Assembly: GCA_035601235.1 (NCBI GenBank) | Contig: DATNOR010000186.1 | Coordinates: forward strand, 279-64,278 | Direction of reading: 5' to 3' | DNA length: 64,000 bases | Source: Gemmatimonadales bacterium | GTDB lineage: Bacteria; Gemmatimonadota; Gemmatimonadetes; Gemmatimonadales; GWC2-71-9 | In this document: one piece after another, positions 19,415 to 29,772 of the stretch | Layout: every line of letters begins with the position of its first letter | Numbering within the stretch: position 1 is the stretch's first letter | Position numbers and translations under genes: made by a program | Notes under the pieces: generated by a model | Seen by the model: only the letters and a program-made list of their open reading frames with translations | What the model was told of the DNA's origin: nothing | Databases searched by the model: none

Positions 19415-22400
19415 TGGTCATGCGACGCATCGGTGGGATCGTGGCGGCGCTCGCGCTGGTCGGCGCGGCGCCGCTCGTGGCGCAGTACTTCGGGCAGAAC
19501 AAGGTGCAGTACCAGTCCTTCGACTTCCACATCATTCAGACCGAGCACTTCGAAGTCTATTACTATCCGGCCGAGCGGGCGGCGGCACTGGACGGCGCGC
19601 GCATCGCCGAGCGGTGGTACGCCCGGCTGTCGCGGGTGCTGCACCACCAGTTCCAGGGCCGCAAGCCCATCATTTTCTACGCATCGCAGTCCGACTTCCA
19701 GCAGACCAACACCACGTCGGGGGACGTGGGCGAGGAGACGGGCGGCTTCACCGAGTTCTTCAAGCACCGCATGGTGCTGCCGTTCACGGGCGCGTACGAA
19801 GAGCTGGAGCACGTCGTCGGCCACGAAATGGTGCACCAGTTCCAGTACGACGTGTTCAGCCGGGGTCGCATCGGCGCCGGCATCCAGACCTACGTGAACA
19901 TCAACCCGCCCTTGTGGTTCATGGAAGGCATGGCGGAGTATCTCTCGGTCGGACCGATCGACAACCACACCGCCATGTGGCTGCGGGACGCGTCGGTGGA
20001 GGGCCACCTCCCGACGCTGCAGCAGCTGAGCTATGACGAGGTGTTCCCCTATTACTTCGGGCACGCGATCTGGGCCTACATCGGGGAAAAGTGGGGCGAC
20101 GAGGCGGTCGGCCAGATCCTGCAGGCGTCCACCACCGCGGGCGTCGAGGGCGCGTTCAAGCGCATCATCGGCGTGACGTTGGACGAGCTGATCAGCGGCT
20201 GGCGCGACGCGGTGCAAACCACGTACCTGCCACAGCTCGCCGACCACTACCGCGCCCGCCGCATCGCGCAGCCGTTGCTCACGCGCAAACGCTCGGAGGG
20301 GACGCTGCACATTGCCCCCGCGCTCACGCCCGACGGGCGGCAGATCGCCTACTTCAGCGAGAAGAACTCGTTCTTCGTCGATCTCTATCTCGCCGACGCG
20401 GAGACGGGCAAGGTGCTGCGGCGCCTGGTGAAGTCCACCCTGTCGAGCAACTACGAGAGCCTGCGCTTCATCAACTCGGCGGGCTCGTTCTCGCCCGACG
20501 GCCGCTACTTCGCCATCGCGGCCAAGCATCGGGACCGCGACGACCTCGTGATCCTCGACGTGAAAAAGGACGAGGAGGTGCGCCGCATCCCGCTGCCCTT
20601 GAACGGGCTCACGACGCCGTCCTGGTCTCCCGACGGGAAGGAGCTCGCGTTCAGCGGCTATGACGGCGGTATTTCGGACCTGTTCGTCGTCAACGCGGAC
20701 GGCTCGGGCCTGCACCGGCTCACGAACGACAAGTACGCCGACCTGCAGCCGTCCTGGGCCCCCGACGGCAAGACGATCGCCTTCGCGACGGACCGCGGGC
20801 CCAAGACCGACTTCGACGCCCTCAAGTTCGGGAACATGCGGATCGCCCTGTTCCATCTCGACAAGGGTACGATCGAGCTGCTGGGACACATGGATCAGGG
20901 GAAGAACATCGACCCCGCCTGGGCGCCCGACGGCCGGTCGCTCGCGTTCGTCTCCGACCGCTCCGGCATCAGCAACGTCTTCCTCTACGACTTGGGCGAC
21001 GCCAAGATCTACCAGCTCACCGACGTGTACACCGGCGTGTCGGGCATCACACCGCTCTCGCCCTGCCTCTCCTGGGCGCACGAGGCCGACCGGCTCGCCT
21101 TCGCGTATTACGAAGAGGGCGAGTACAACGTCTACGCCGTGGACAACCCGCGCTCGCTGCGGCGCCAGCCCTATCAGCCGCCCGCGACGATGCCGGTGAC
21201 GTCGTTGCTCGCCGCCCAGCAGCGCGAGGCCAGGCAGGCGGCGAAGCCGCCCGCTGAGGCGGCCGCGCCCGCGCCCGCGGAGGAGCAGCGCGGCGGCGCC
21301 TCCGTGTACCGGTCCCCGACGGGATTCCGTGCGTCCGGGAGCGCGCCGCAGAGCTCCGACTCGGGCGCGGGACCCGCCCCCGTGTCGGTGAAGGCGCTGC
21401 TCGACTCCTCACCCGCCCTCCCGGACACGACCGAGTTCACGTTCAAGGATTACCATACGCGCTTCACGCCTGATTACGTGGCGCGGCCGACCGTGGGGTA
21501 CGAGCGCAATAACTTTGGACGCGGCTTCTTCGGCGGCACCGCGATCTCCCTCTCGGATATTCTCGGCAACCACACGATGATATTCTCGGGCTCGCTGAAC
21601 GGGCGGCTGAGCGAGGCACAGGTGCTGGCCGCGTACATCAACCAGGCGCACCGGCTCAACTGGGCGTTCGGCGGGTCGCAGGAGCCGCTCTACTTCTACC
21701 TGCCGACCGCCGTGCAAGGCTTCAGTCACCCGGGCACCGGCGGCAAACCCGTCTTGGACTCGGTATACCAGACGCAGCAACTCGTGCGGTTCGTCATTCG
21801 CGATGTGTTCGCACAGAGCTTCTATCCGTTGAGTCGCTTCACACGCGTCGAGCTCGGCGGTCACTTCTCGAACATCAGTGTCGACACGCTGAAGCAGAGC
21901 CTCGTGCAGTACAGTCCCGCGCTGGGCGGGGGCGGCTACTACACGGATCCCTTCACCGTGGCCGGCCCATCGGTCACCTATTACGGCCCGCAGGCCGCGC
22001 TCGTGCACGACAACTCCCTCTTCGGCTTCGTGGGCCCGTTCGCGGGTTCCCGCTGGCGGTTAGAGCTTTCGCCGACCCTCGGCGACTGGCGGTTCACCCA
22101 AGGTCTCGTCGACTGGCGCCGCTACTTCTTCGCCCGTCCCTTCACCCTCGCGGTCCGCGGGCTGTTCTTCGGTCGCTACGGGCGCGACGCCGACCTGTTC
22201 CCCCAATTCCTCGGGAGCACGGAGCTGCTGCGCGGCTACACCGCGGGCTCGATCCTCAACAACGAATGTCTGAATCCATCCAGCAGCAGCAACGGCCTCA
22301 CCGGCTGCAGCAATCTGGATCAGCTCATTGGGTCGAAGATCGCCGTAGTCAACGCGGAGCTGCGCTTCCCCCTCACCCGGAGTCTCGTGCTCGGTTTCCT

Positions 22401-22677
22401 GCCCGTGGGACTGCCGCCTATCGAAGGCGCACTGTTCTACGACATGGGGCTCGCCTGGAACGGCACGTCGTGCAGCGGCTCCATCGGCTCGTGCGTCGTG
22501 TGGAACCGCGGAAGCCAGGATCCCGAGGTCTACCGGACGCCCCTGCGCAGCTGGGGCGGCTCGATCCGCATGAACTTCCTGGGCTTCGTGGTGCTGCGGT
22601 TCGACATCACCAAGCCGCTCAATCGGCAGGACCACCCCGGCGCCTACTGGACGGTGAGCCTCGGGCCGACGTTCTAA
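19411..22677 (+). CDS. 1088-aa outer-membrane protein: HExxH metallopeptidase-like domain, PD40/TolB-like propeller repeats and an Omp85-type C-terminal barrel
   Basis: Signal peptide with AQ cleavage-like site. VGHEMVHQF (HExxH). Repeated SPDG/APDG..IAF..DR motifs. C-terminus ...GALFYDMGLAW...GGSIRMNFLGFVVLRFD...WTVSLGPTF ends in Phe. Confidence 0.7.
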   Translation: MMVMRRIGGIVAALALVGAAPLVAQYFGQNKVQYQSFDFHIIQTEHFEVYYYPAERAAALDGARIAERWYARLSRVLHHQFQGRKPIIFYASQSDFQQTNTTSGDVGEETGGFTEFFKHRMVLPFTGAYEELEHVVGHEMVHQFQYDVFSRGRIGAGIQTYVNINPPLWFMEGMAEYLSVGPIDNHTAMWLRDASVEGHLPTLQQLSYDEVFPYYFGHAIWAYIGEKWGDEAVGQILQASTTAGVEGAFKRIIGVTLDELISGWRDAVQTTYLPQLADHYRARRIAQPLLTRKRSEGTLHIAPALTPDGRQIAYFSEKNSFFVDLYLADAETGKVLRRLVKSTLSSNYESLRFINSAGSFSPDGRYFAIAAKHRDRDDLVILDVKKDEEVRRIPLPLNGLTTPSWSPDGKELAFSGYDGGISDLFVVNADGSGLHRLTNDKYADLQPSWAPDGKTIAFATDRGPKTDFDALKFGNMRIALFHLDKGTIELLGHMDQGKNIDPAWAPDGRSLAFVSDRSGISNVFLYDLGDAKIYQLTDVYTGVSGITPLSPCLSWAHEADRLAFAYYEEGEYNVYAVDNPRSLRRQPYQPPATMPVTSLLAAQQREARQAAKPPAEAAAPAPAEEQRGGASVYRSPTGFRASGSAPQSSDSGAGPAPVSVKALLDSSPALPDTTEFTFKDYHTRFTPDYVARPTVGYERNNFGRGFFGGTAISLSDILGNHTMIFSGSLNGRLSEAQVLAAYINQAHRLNWAFGGSQEPLYFYLPTAVQGFSHPGTGGKPVLDSVYQTQQLVRFVIRDVFAQSFYPLSRFTRVELGGHFSNISVDTLKQSLVQYSPALGGGGYYTDPFTVAGPSVTYYGPQAALVHDNSLFGFVGPFAGSRWRLELSPTLGDWRFTQGLVDWRRYFFARPFTLAVRGLFFGRYGRDADLFPQFLGSTELLRGYTAGSILNNECLNPSSSSNGLTGCSNLDQLIGSKIAVVNAELRFPLTRSLVLGFLPVGLPPIEGALFYDMGLAWNGTSCSGSIGSCVVWNRGSQDPEVYRTPLRSWGGSIRMNFLGFVVLRFDITKPLNRQDHPGAYWTVSLGPTF

Positions 22678-22702
22678 CTCCGCACGGCTAAAACACTTGT
22701 CC

Positions 22703-22739
22703 TGGCCTCGCCGGTTGCCTATCTTGTCCGGCGAGGCCA
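22703..22739 (+). terminator. perfect 12-bp stem hairpin after the 1088-aa gene
   Basis: TGGCCTCGCCGG-13 nt-CCGGCGAGGCCA followed by only TTT. It abuts the TTG start of the next gene, so its terminator function is uncertain. Confidence 0.35.
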
Positions 22740-22740
22740 T

Positions 22741-24213
22741 TTGCGTATCCGCGGATCGTACCTCGTCCTCATCAGCCTGACGCTCTGGGGCTGCCGGTCC
22801 CGGGCGCCCGCCGCGGCATCGTCCCAACCACAAGCAAAACAAGCAGTTAGCAAGGCTGCCGCCGGAGCGGCCCGCACCGCCGGCGTCGCGATCCGCATCC
22901 CCGCCAAGGGGGGGGTCGCCCGAGTTTACCGCCTGCCGAGCCTGGCGGAGATCCCGAGCGCGATCCGAGGCCGGCTGCCCCAGGTGCGGCGCGTGATCGG
23001 GCTCGACCCGGAGGCGGAGTTCCTCTACGTCACCACGCCCCAGAGGGACACAACCAGAAAGAAGGGCGCGCGGGCGAAGAGCGATACGACGCTCAAGAGC
23101 GACGTGCTCGCGCTCGATCTTGGCAGCGCACGCGTGGACACGGTCGCGACGGCGATTGAGCAGGCGACACTCGGCCCGGACGGAACCCTGTACACGGTGG
23201 ACGGGAAAGGCCGGGTGGTGTCGTTGGCGCGGCGCGTGCGAGTCGCATGGCCGCAGCCCCTGCCCGCCGTGCCCCTGCAGCTGTTCGGGGCCGCCGACCA
23301 ACGGCTCGTCGCCGTCGACCCGCCCAAGCTCATCACCGCCGCCGCCGATCAGCCCCCAACGAGCCGGCCCCTGCCGGCGGGCAGCGACGTCGCCGCGACC
23401 CGCTGGGGTGACGTGGTGGCCGTGGCGACCGACTCGGGCGTGCTCCTGATGGATCCGTTGGGCCGGCGCGACGCCACGTTCATCGCCTTGAGCGATCACC
23501 CGCGCGCGCTGGTGTTCTCGCCGTCGGGCCACCGCATCTACGTGGCCCGGCGCACCGAGCCGGGGCTCGCCGCGATCGATCGGTTCGACCGGGAAGAGAT
23601 CGACGGCGTCGCGCTGCCGCTGCCCGCCGAGACGATCCGGCTCGACCCGCTGGGGCGCTGGCTCCTGGCCAAGCCGACCGGTGGAGACTCGGTGTGGGTG
23701 GTGGATCTTCCCGTGAAGCGGCTGGTGGGGTCGGTGCCGTCCAGGTGGCGTGTGGACCTCCCGGCGATCGGGCCGGACGGTGCGCTGCTCGTGCCGCGGG
23801 GCGACGACATCGTCTCCTACCGACCCGATTCCCTCACGGAGACGGGGCGTGTGAAGGGCGGGGCCTCGGACGTCTGGATGCTCACGGCGTGGCGGCCCCG
23901 GGGCAGCTACCGGGGCGCGTTCGCCGATGCGGATGCCGGCGCCGCCGCCCCCGCAGATCAGGCGACCGCCGCCGACACGGCGGGGCCCGAGGGTCCGATG
24001 TACGTACAGGTTTCGACATCGCAGAACGAGGCCTGGTCGTCGGAGATGGCGCAGCAGCTCACGCGCGCTGGGCTCGGGGCCCGCGTGCTCCAGCCCAAGA
24101 ATCCCGACGACGGCTACCGCGTGGTGCTCGGACCCTACCCCACGCGCGCGCAGGCCGAGGCGATCGGGCGCAAGCTCGGCCGCCCGTTCTGGATTTACCA
24201 GCCGACGCCGTGA
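22741..24213 (+). CDS. lipoprotein with propeller-like repeats and a C-terminal SPOR domain
   Basis: MRIRGSYLVLISLTLWGC lipobox. C-terminus YVQVSTSQNEAWSSEMAQQL...GYRVVLGPYPTRAQAEAIGRKL matches the SPOR pattern. Confidence 0.65.
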   Translation: MRIRGSYLVLISLTLWGCRSRAPAAASSQPQAKQAVSKAAAGAARTAGVAIRIPAKGGVARVYRLPSLAEIPSAIRGRLPQVRRVIGLDPEAEFLYVTTPQRDTTRKKGARAKSDTTLKSDVLALDLGSARVDTVATAIEQATLGPDGTLYTVDGKGRVVSLARRVRVAWPQPLPAVPLQLFGAADQRLVAVDPPKLITAAADQPPTSRPLPAGSDVAATRWGDVVAVATDSGVLLMDPLGRRDATFIALSDHPRALVFSPSGHRIYVARRTEPGLAAIDRFDREEIDGVALPLPAETIRLDPLGRWLLAKPTGGDSVWVVDLPVKRLVGSVPSRWRVDLPAIGPDGALLVPRGDDIVSYRPDSLTETGRVKGGASDVWMLTAWRPRGSYRGAFADADAGAAAPADQATAADTAGPEGPMYVQVSTSQNEAWSSEMAQQLTRAGLGARVLQPKNPDDGYRVVLGPYPTRAQAEAIGRKLGRPFWIYQPTP

Positions 24214-25502
24214 GCGGTCGTCCCCTGCCGCGCTCGCGGCTCGACGCCCTGGTGCCCTCGCTCCTGACCGGACAGGCGCTCGTGGCCCTCGTGCCGGCGA
24301 CCGGGGACCACGCGTGGGCCGCGGGGGCGGCGTGGGACGTGGCGCGCGCGGCGGCCCGGGGTGACCGCCGCGTCGCGCTCGTAGACCTGTGGCTCGAGCG
24401 TCCCACGCTCCACGAAGTGGTCGGCCTCAGCCCCGCCGAGGGCATCGTGGACGCGTTCGAGTACGACGTGTCTCTCACCAAGGCGGCGCATGAGGTTGAC
24501 CGCGTGTTTTTCATCGCCGCCGGGACGGTCACCGCACACGCGGGCGACCTGTTCGCCAATCCCCGCTGGCGCAAGCTGCACGGCGGCTTCCGTTCGGAAG
24601 ACGCCTTGCTGCTGTTGTACCTCTCCGCCGGCGCGCTGGCGCGCTTGTCGTCCGTTCCGGACGGGCTGATCGTGCTCTCGGCCGACGGCTACGAGCCCGA
24701 ATCGTCGATCGGCCAGGGGATCACCGCCGCGATGGAGCGCGGCATCCCCCTGCTCGGCGTGGTGCGCGAGCGCTGGACGCCGCTCGCGACACCGGCCCCC
24801 GATCCGCGAGCCATGGCGCCGCCGCCCGGCCGGATCTCGGCGGCGGTGCGTCCGGGCCTGCGGGCGGGCGTGTCGCACCGCCGGACCCGGCCCGTAGTCA
24901 TCGCCGCGACGCTCGTCGCCGGCACGGCCGGCGGGTGGGCGCTGCTGGCCCGCGGCGCGGAACACCGCGCCCCGAGCACCGCCGTACGCGCCGCCCCCAC
25001 CGCCGCACCGGCTCCAGCTCCGCCCGCCCCCCCGCAGCCGCGCGTCGATTCCCTCGCGTGGACCGTGCAGCTTGCGGCCTACGCACGCCTCGACCGCGCG
25101 CTGGCGCTCGCCGACCGGCTCACGGCCGACGGCATCACGCCGTTCGTCACGCCGGTCACGCTCGGCCCGCGGCGCGGTGGCACCGTGTGGTATCGCGTGC
25201 TGGCGGGCGGGTATCGCACGCGCGACTCGGCGGTCGCCGTGCGGGCCACGCTGTGGAGTCGCCGGCTCGCCCAACGCGGACAGGGCGACGTGCTGCGGGC
25301 GCCCTACTCGTACGCCGTGAGCGGCACCACCACGCCGGACGAGCTGCGGGCACGCGGCATCCCCGCCGTGGGGCGGGACGGCGACGGCCGCCTGCTCGTG
25401 GGCGCGCTCGAGACCCCCGAGCAGGGCGGCGTGCTCGAAGCGCGCCTCAAGCGTGCCGGCGTTCGCGCCAAGCTCGTCACCCGGATGGGGGCCACACCAT
25501 GA
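24210..25502 (+). CDS. degenerate P-loop (BY-kinase/ParA-like) domain fused to a TM segment and a SPOR domain
   Basis: GTGA overlap with the upstream gene. RRVALVDLWLERPTLHEVVGL...GIVD resembles the ...LLVDaDlRrP..h..gl block of BY-kinases, but the Walker A position reads PATGDHAW (no GKS/T). C-terminal WTVQLAAYARLDRALALADRL...WYRVLAGGY is SPOR-like. Confidence 0.5.
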   Translation: MSGRPLPRSRLDALVPSLLTGQALVALVPATGDHAWAAGAAWDVARAAARGDRRVALVDLWLERPTLHEVVGLSPAEGIVDAFEYDVSLTKAAHEVDRVFFIAAGTVTAHAGDLFANPRWRKLHGGFRSEDALLLLYLSAGALARLSSVPDGLIVLSADGYEPESSIGQGITAAMERGIPLLGVVRERWTPLATPAPDPRAMAPPPGRISAAVRPGLRAGVSHRRTRPVVIAATLVAGTAGGWALLARGAEHRAPSTAVRAAPTAAPAPAPPAPPQPRVDSLAWTVQLAAYARLDRALALADRLTADGITPFVTPVTLGPRRGGTVWYRVLAGGYRTRDSAVAVRATLWSRRLAQRGQGDVLRAPYSYAVSGTTTPDELRARGIPAVGRDGDGRLLVGALETPEQGGVLEARLKRAGVRAKLVTRMGATP

Positions 25503-28500
25503 GATTGACCCGGCTGGAGCTGTCGGGCTTCAAGTCGTTCGCCGGCGCGGTCGAGTTGCCGTTCGAGACCGGGGTGACGGCGATCGTGGGGCCGAACGGC
25601 TGCGGCAAGTCGAACATCTCCGACGCCGTGCGCTGGGTGCTGGGCGAGCAATCACCACGCCTGTTGCGCGGCGGGAAAATGGAGGACGTGATCTTCCAGG
25701 GCTCGACCGGCCGCCGCCCGGTGAACGTGGCGGAAGTCTCGCTCGTGTTCGACAACACGGACGGCACCCTGCCGATCGCGTACCAGGAAGTGCTCGTGAC
25801 GCGCCGGCTATCGCGCTCGGGTCAGAGCGAGTATCTGCTGAACCGATCGCCGGTGCGGCTGCGGGACATCCAGGACTTGCTCCGCGGCACGGGCCTGGGT
25901 GCGGACGCCGCGGTCGTGATGGAAGCCAGGATGATCGAGGCGCTCCTGTCGGAGAAGGCCGAGGAGCGGCGTGCCCTGTTCGAAGAAGCCGCGGGAATCG
26001 GGCTGTACCGCGACCGCAAGACGAGCACCGAGCGCCGGCTGGAAGAGACGGCGGCGGACCTCGCCCGGCTCGAGGACCTGGTGAGCGAAGTGCAGACCCA
26101 GGTGCGCAGCTTGGCGCGCCAGCGCGGCAAGGCGGAGCGCTACGGCAAGATGATCGAGGAGCGCTTCGCGATCGCGCTCACACTGGTGCGGCGCGAGCTG
26201 GAGGACTTCGATCTCGCGCTGGGAGGACTGGGGCAGCGGGCGGACCAGCTGGCGGCGGCGCTCCCGGCGGAGCGGGCGAAGTTGGCGGACGCGGAGCAGG
26301 CGCGCGAGGCGGAGGTCCAGGCCCGGCACACCGCCGAGGCGCGGCGTACGGACGTGGAGCGCCGCTTGAACGAGGCGCGGCTCGAGGTGGGCCGCCTCGA
26401 AGGCGATCTCGCGCTCGCCGCCGAGCGGATGCGCAACGCGGGCCAGCGCCGCGCCACCGCGGGCCGACGGCGCGAGCAGGAGGCCGGGCGCGCGGAGCAG
26501 ACCGAGCGTGAGCGGGCGGCCGCCGAGGCTGAGCGCGCGGCTGCGGAGCGCGACCTCGGGTCGGTGGGCCAGGAGCTGGCGGGTCGGACGGCGCTCGAGC
26601 AGGAAGTGCGCGACCGGTTGGTGGCGCAGCGCAACGCCGTGCGAGAGCTGGAGGAGGCGGTCCAGCGCCGGGCGGAGGCGTTCCGGGCGCTCGAGGTCGA
26701 GCGCGCGGCGCTCGAGCGGGAGCGCGGCGAGCTGGGCCAGCAGCTGGCCAACGCCTCGCAGGAGCGCGCCGCGCGCGCGGAAGCCGAGTGGGCGGCGACG
26801 GCCGCGGTGGGCACGCGGGCGCAGCAGGCCGCGGCGCTCGAGCTGGCCGCGGCGGAGGCCGCGGAGCAGCTGGAGCGGACCCGGCGCCAGGTCGCGGAGC
26901 TCAAGGAGCGGGAGACGCACGAGCGCGCGACGCGGCGTCAGGCAGAGGAGGCGCTGGCGCAGGTAGCGGCCCGGCGCGACGCGCTCGCGGAGCTCGAGCG
27001 CCAGCGGGTGGGCCTCGCCCCCGCGGTGCAGGCGTTGCTCAAAGAGAAGGCGCAGTTCGGCGACGCGGTGATCGGCCCGCTGTCGGATTTCGTGCGCACC
27101 GGGCGACGCGACGCGGAGCTCGCGGAACAGCTCCTGGGCGAATGGCTGCACGCGGTGCTCGTCCGGGACGCGGCGGCGGTGGACGCGATCCGCCGCTGGC
27201 ACGAGCAGGCGCAGCCGGGCCCCCTGGTGCTGCTCCCCAGCGTGCCCGGCCCGGCGCTGGCCGCCGATGGGCATCCCCTGGAAGAAGGTCTTCGCGTGGA
27301 CGGGCCGGCGGCGGCGTGGGTGCGTGCCCTGCTGGCGGGACACGAAGTGCTGGACGGCGACGGGCGCGGCAGCCGCGCGCTGCGCCGCGCCAACGGCGCC
27401 GTGTTCCTCGCGGGTCGGACGTCGGGGAAAGGCAGCCGCGGCGGACCGCTGCAGCGCCGCGCCGACCTCGAGGCGCTGGCGCAGGACGTCGGCGACGGGG
27501 AAGCGGCCCGCGCGGTCGCCACGGCCGCGCTCGAGCGCACGCTCGCCGACCTCGCCGCGGCGGAAGCCGCGTTCGCGGCGGCCGGCGAGGCGTCGGAGCG
27601 GGCCCGCCATCACGAGCTCGAGGCGGGAGCGTTGAAGGGCGACGCCGAGCGCGTCGCGGCTCACGCGCAGCGAGAGGCCGCCGACGCGACTGCCCAGGTC
27701 GAGCGCCTGTCGACGCGCCTGTCGGAAGTGGAGGCCCGGCTCGGCGCGCTGCGCGGCGAGATCGAAACCCACGACGTGGAGCGGGTGCGGCTCGACGAGC
27801 GCCTGGGCGGTGAGCGGCAGCGCCTGGTCGAGCTCGAGACCGAACAGGAAGCGGCGCGGGAGCAGCGCGTGAAATGGCAGGTGGATACGGCCCAGGTGGA
27901 CGCGCGCTTCGCCGCTGCGCGGGAGCGCGCGACTCGCGCCGCCGCCGAAACCGAGGAAGCTCGCCGCCAGGTCGCGACCCTCGTGGAGGAGATCGCGGCC
28001 CTGGACCACGATACCGCGACGCTCACCGCCCAGCAGGCGCAGTGGGAAGACACCCTGAAGGAGCGCCGTCTCGCGGTGGGCGCGCTCGAGGCCGCCGCGC
28101 GCGACGCCGAAACACAGGTGGGAGAGGCGGACGCGCAACTCGCCCGGGCGGAAGCCGCACTCGAAGTCGCCCGCGCCGCGCTCGAGGCCCGGGGCGCCGA
28201 AGAGCACAAGCTCGAGCTCGAGCGGACCGAGATTCTCGGCCGCCGGCGCGGTCTCGTGGCGCAGGTCGAGGCCGAGTGGCGCAAGCCGCTCGACCAGCTG
28301 CTCGCCGAAGCGCCCGAAGTGGCGGGAGACCTGGAGTGGCTGCGCCAGGAGAACGAGCGGCTGCGGGCGGCGATCGACGCGGTGGGGCCGGTGAACGCGC
28401 TCGCGGTCGACGAGCACGCCGAGGAGACGAAACGGCTCGAGTTCCTGATGACGCAGCGCGATGACCTCGTGGCCGCGCGCCACTCGTTGCAGCAGGCCGC

Positions 28501-28990
28501 GCGCGAGATCGACCAGACGGCGAAGGCGCTGTTTCTGGAGTCGTTCGGCAAGGTGCGCGAGAACTTCCGCACCGTGTTCCAGACGCTGTTCGGCGGAGGG
28601 GAATGCGACGTGCGGCTGGCGAACGAAGCCGAGCCGCTCGAGAGCGAGATCGAGATCCACGCGGCCCCCCGCGGCAAGCGCACACAGCGCATTCACCTGC
28701 TCTCGTCGGGTGAGCGGACGCTCGTGGCCGTGTCGCTCCTGTTCGCGATCTTCCTGACCAAGCCCAGCCCGTTCTGCCTGCTCGACGAAGTGGATGCGCC
28801 GCTCGACGACGCCAACGTCGGGCGCTACGTGCGCCTGCTGGCCGAGTTCAAGGACTTGACCCAGTTCATCGTCATCACGCACAACCCCCGTACTATGCAG
28901 GCCGCCGACGCCGTCTACGGCGTCACCATGCAGGAGCCCGGCGTCTCGACCATCGTGGGCGTCCGGCTGGGTCAGATGGAACCGGCCTGA
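25499..28990 (+). CDS. smc: chromosome segregation protein SMC
   Basis: ATGA overlap with the upstream gene. MRLTRLELSGFKSFAG...GPNGCGKSNISDAVRWVLGEQS, long coiled coils, C-terminal LSSGERTLVAVSLLFAIF...LLDEVDAPLD. Confidence 0.95.
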   Translation: MRLTRLELSGFKSFAGAVELPFETGVTAIVGPNGCGKSNISDAVRWVLGEQSPRLLRGGKMEDVIFQGSTGRRPVNVAEVSLVFDNTDGTLPIAYQEVLVTRRLSRSGQSEYLLNRSPVRLRDIQDLLRGTGLGADAAVVMEARMIEALLSEKAEERRALFEEAAGIGLYRDRKTSTERRLEETAADLARLEDLVSEVQTQVRSLARQRGKAERYGKMIEERFAIALTLVRRELEDFDLALGGLGQRADQLAAALPAERAKLADAEQAREAEVQARHTAEARRTDVERRLNEARLEVGRLEGDLALAAERMRNAGQRRATAGRRREQEAGRAEQTERERAAAEAERAAAERDLGSVGQELAGRTALEQEVRDRLVAQRNAVRELEEAVQRRAEAFRALEVERAALERERGELGQQLANASQERAARAEAEWAATAAVGTRAQQAAALELAAAEAAEQLERTRRQVAELKERETHERATRRQAEEALAQVAARRDALAELERQRVGLAPAVQALLKEKAQFGDAVIGPLSDFVRTGRRDAELAEQLLGEWLHAVLVRDAAAVDAIRRWHEQAQPGPLVLLPSVPGPALAADGHPLEEGLRVDGPAAAWVRALLAGHEVLDGDGRGSRALRRANGAVFLAGRTSGKGSRGGPLQRRADLEALAQDVGDGEAARAVATAALERTLADLAAAEAAFAAAGEASERARHHELEAGALKGDAERVAAHAQREAADATAQVERLSTRLSEVEARLGALRGEIETHDVERVRLDERLGGERQRLVELETEQEAAREQRVKWQVDTAQVDARFAAARERATRAAAETEEARRQVATLVEEIAALDHDTATLTAQQAQWEDTLKERRLAVGALEAAARDAETQVGEADAQLARAEAALEVARAALEARGAEEHKLELERTEILGRRRGLVAQVEAEWRKPLDQLLAEAPEVAGDLEWLRQENERLRAAIDAVGPVNALAVDEHAEETKRLEFLMTQRDDLVAARHSLQQAAREIDQTAKALFLESFGKVRENFRTVFQTLFGGGECDVRLANEAEPLESEIEIHAAPRGKRTQRIHLLSSGERTLVAVSLLFAIFLTKPSPFCLLDEVDAPLDDANVGRYVRLLAEFKDLTQFIVITHNPRTMQAADAVYGVTMQEPGVSTIVGVRLGQMEPA

Positions 28991-29770
28991 GTGGAGCTCG
29001 TCACCGTCGGGACCGGCACCGTCGCGCCGTCCGGAAGCCGGACCTCGGCGTGCCACTGGGTCGACCGCGGCAACTTGAAGATCCTGCTCGACTGCGGCGC
29101 GGGCGCCCTGCACCGCCTGGCGCAATTCGGCCTGCCGTGGCACCAGATCACGCACGTCGTGCTGTCGCATTTCCACCCCGACCACTGGGGCGAGCTCCCG
29201 ATGTTGGTGTACGCGCTCAAGTACACCACCGAGCCGCCACGCCAGGAACCCTTCGTGATCCTGGGGCCACCGGGCGTGGTGCGGCTCCTCAAGAAGCTCG
29301 CCGAGGGCTATGGCGCGTGGCTGCTCGACCCGGGGTTCCCCATCGGCATTCTCGACGTCCAGGCGGGCGAGCCGTTCCCGCTCGACAAGGACGTGAGCCT
29401 CGAGACGTTCCCCGTGCCGCACACCCAGGAGAGCGTCGCCCTGTCCCTCACCGCGCCGGAAGGGAGGCTCGTGTATACCGGTGACACGGGTCCCTCGACC
29501 AAGCTGGCGCGCTGGGCCGCCGGGGCCGACCTGCTGCTCGCCGAGTGCTCGCTCCCCGCCCAGCTGGCGATGGAGATTCACTTGACGCCCGAGCAGGCGG
29601 GCGACCTGGGCCGTGAGGCCGGCGCCCGGCGGCTCGTCTTGACGCACTTCTATCCGCCGGTAGAGAATTCGGACCCGGCGCGCACCGCCGCCACGCACTT
29701 CGGCGGACCGGTGACCGCCGCGCGCGACGGCGACCGGTTCACCATCGGAGCGGGAGGGGGGGGTGCGTAG
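28991..29770 (+). CDS. MBL-fold metallo-hydrolase (RNase Z/ElaC-like)
   Basis: [11 protein letters not shown] (HxHxDH) motif. GTG start directly after the smc stop. Confidence 0.75.
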   Translation: MELVTVGTGTVAPSGSRTSACHWVDRGNLKILLDCGAGALHRLAQFGLPWHQITHVVLSHFHPDHWGELPMLVYALKYTTEPPRQEPFVILGPPGVVRLLKKLAEGYGAWLLDPGFPIGILDVQAGEPFPLDKDVSLETFPVPHTQESVALSLTAPEGRLVYTGDTGPSTKLARWAAGADLLLAECSLPAQLAMEIHLTPEQAGDLGREAGARRLVLTHFYPPVENSDPARTAATHFGGPVTAARDGDRFTIGAGGGGA

Positions 29771-29772
29771 CA

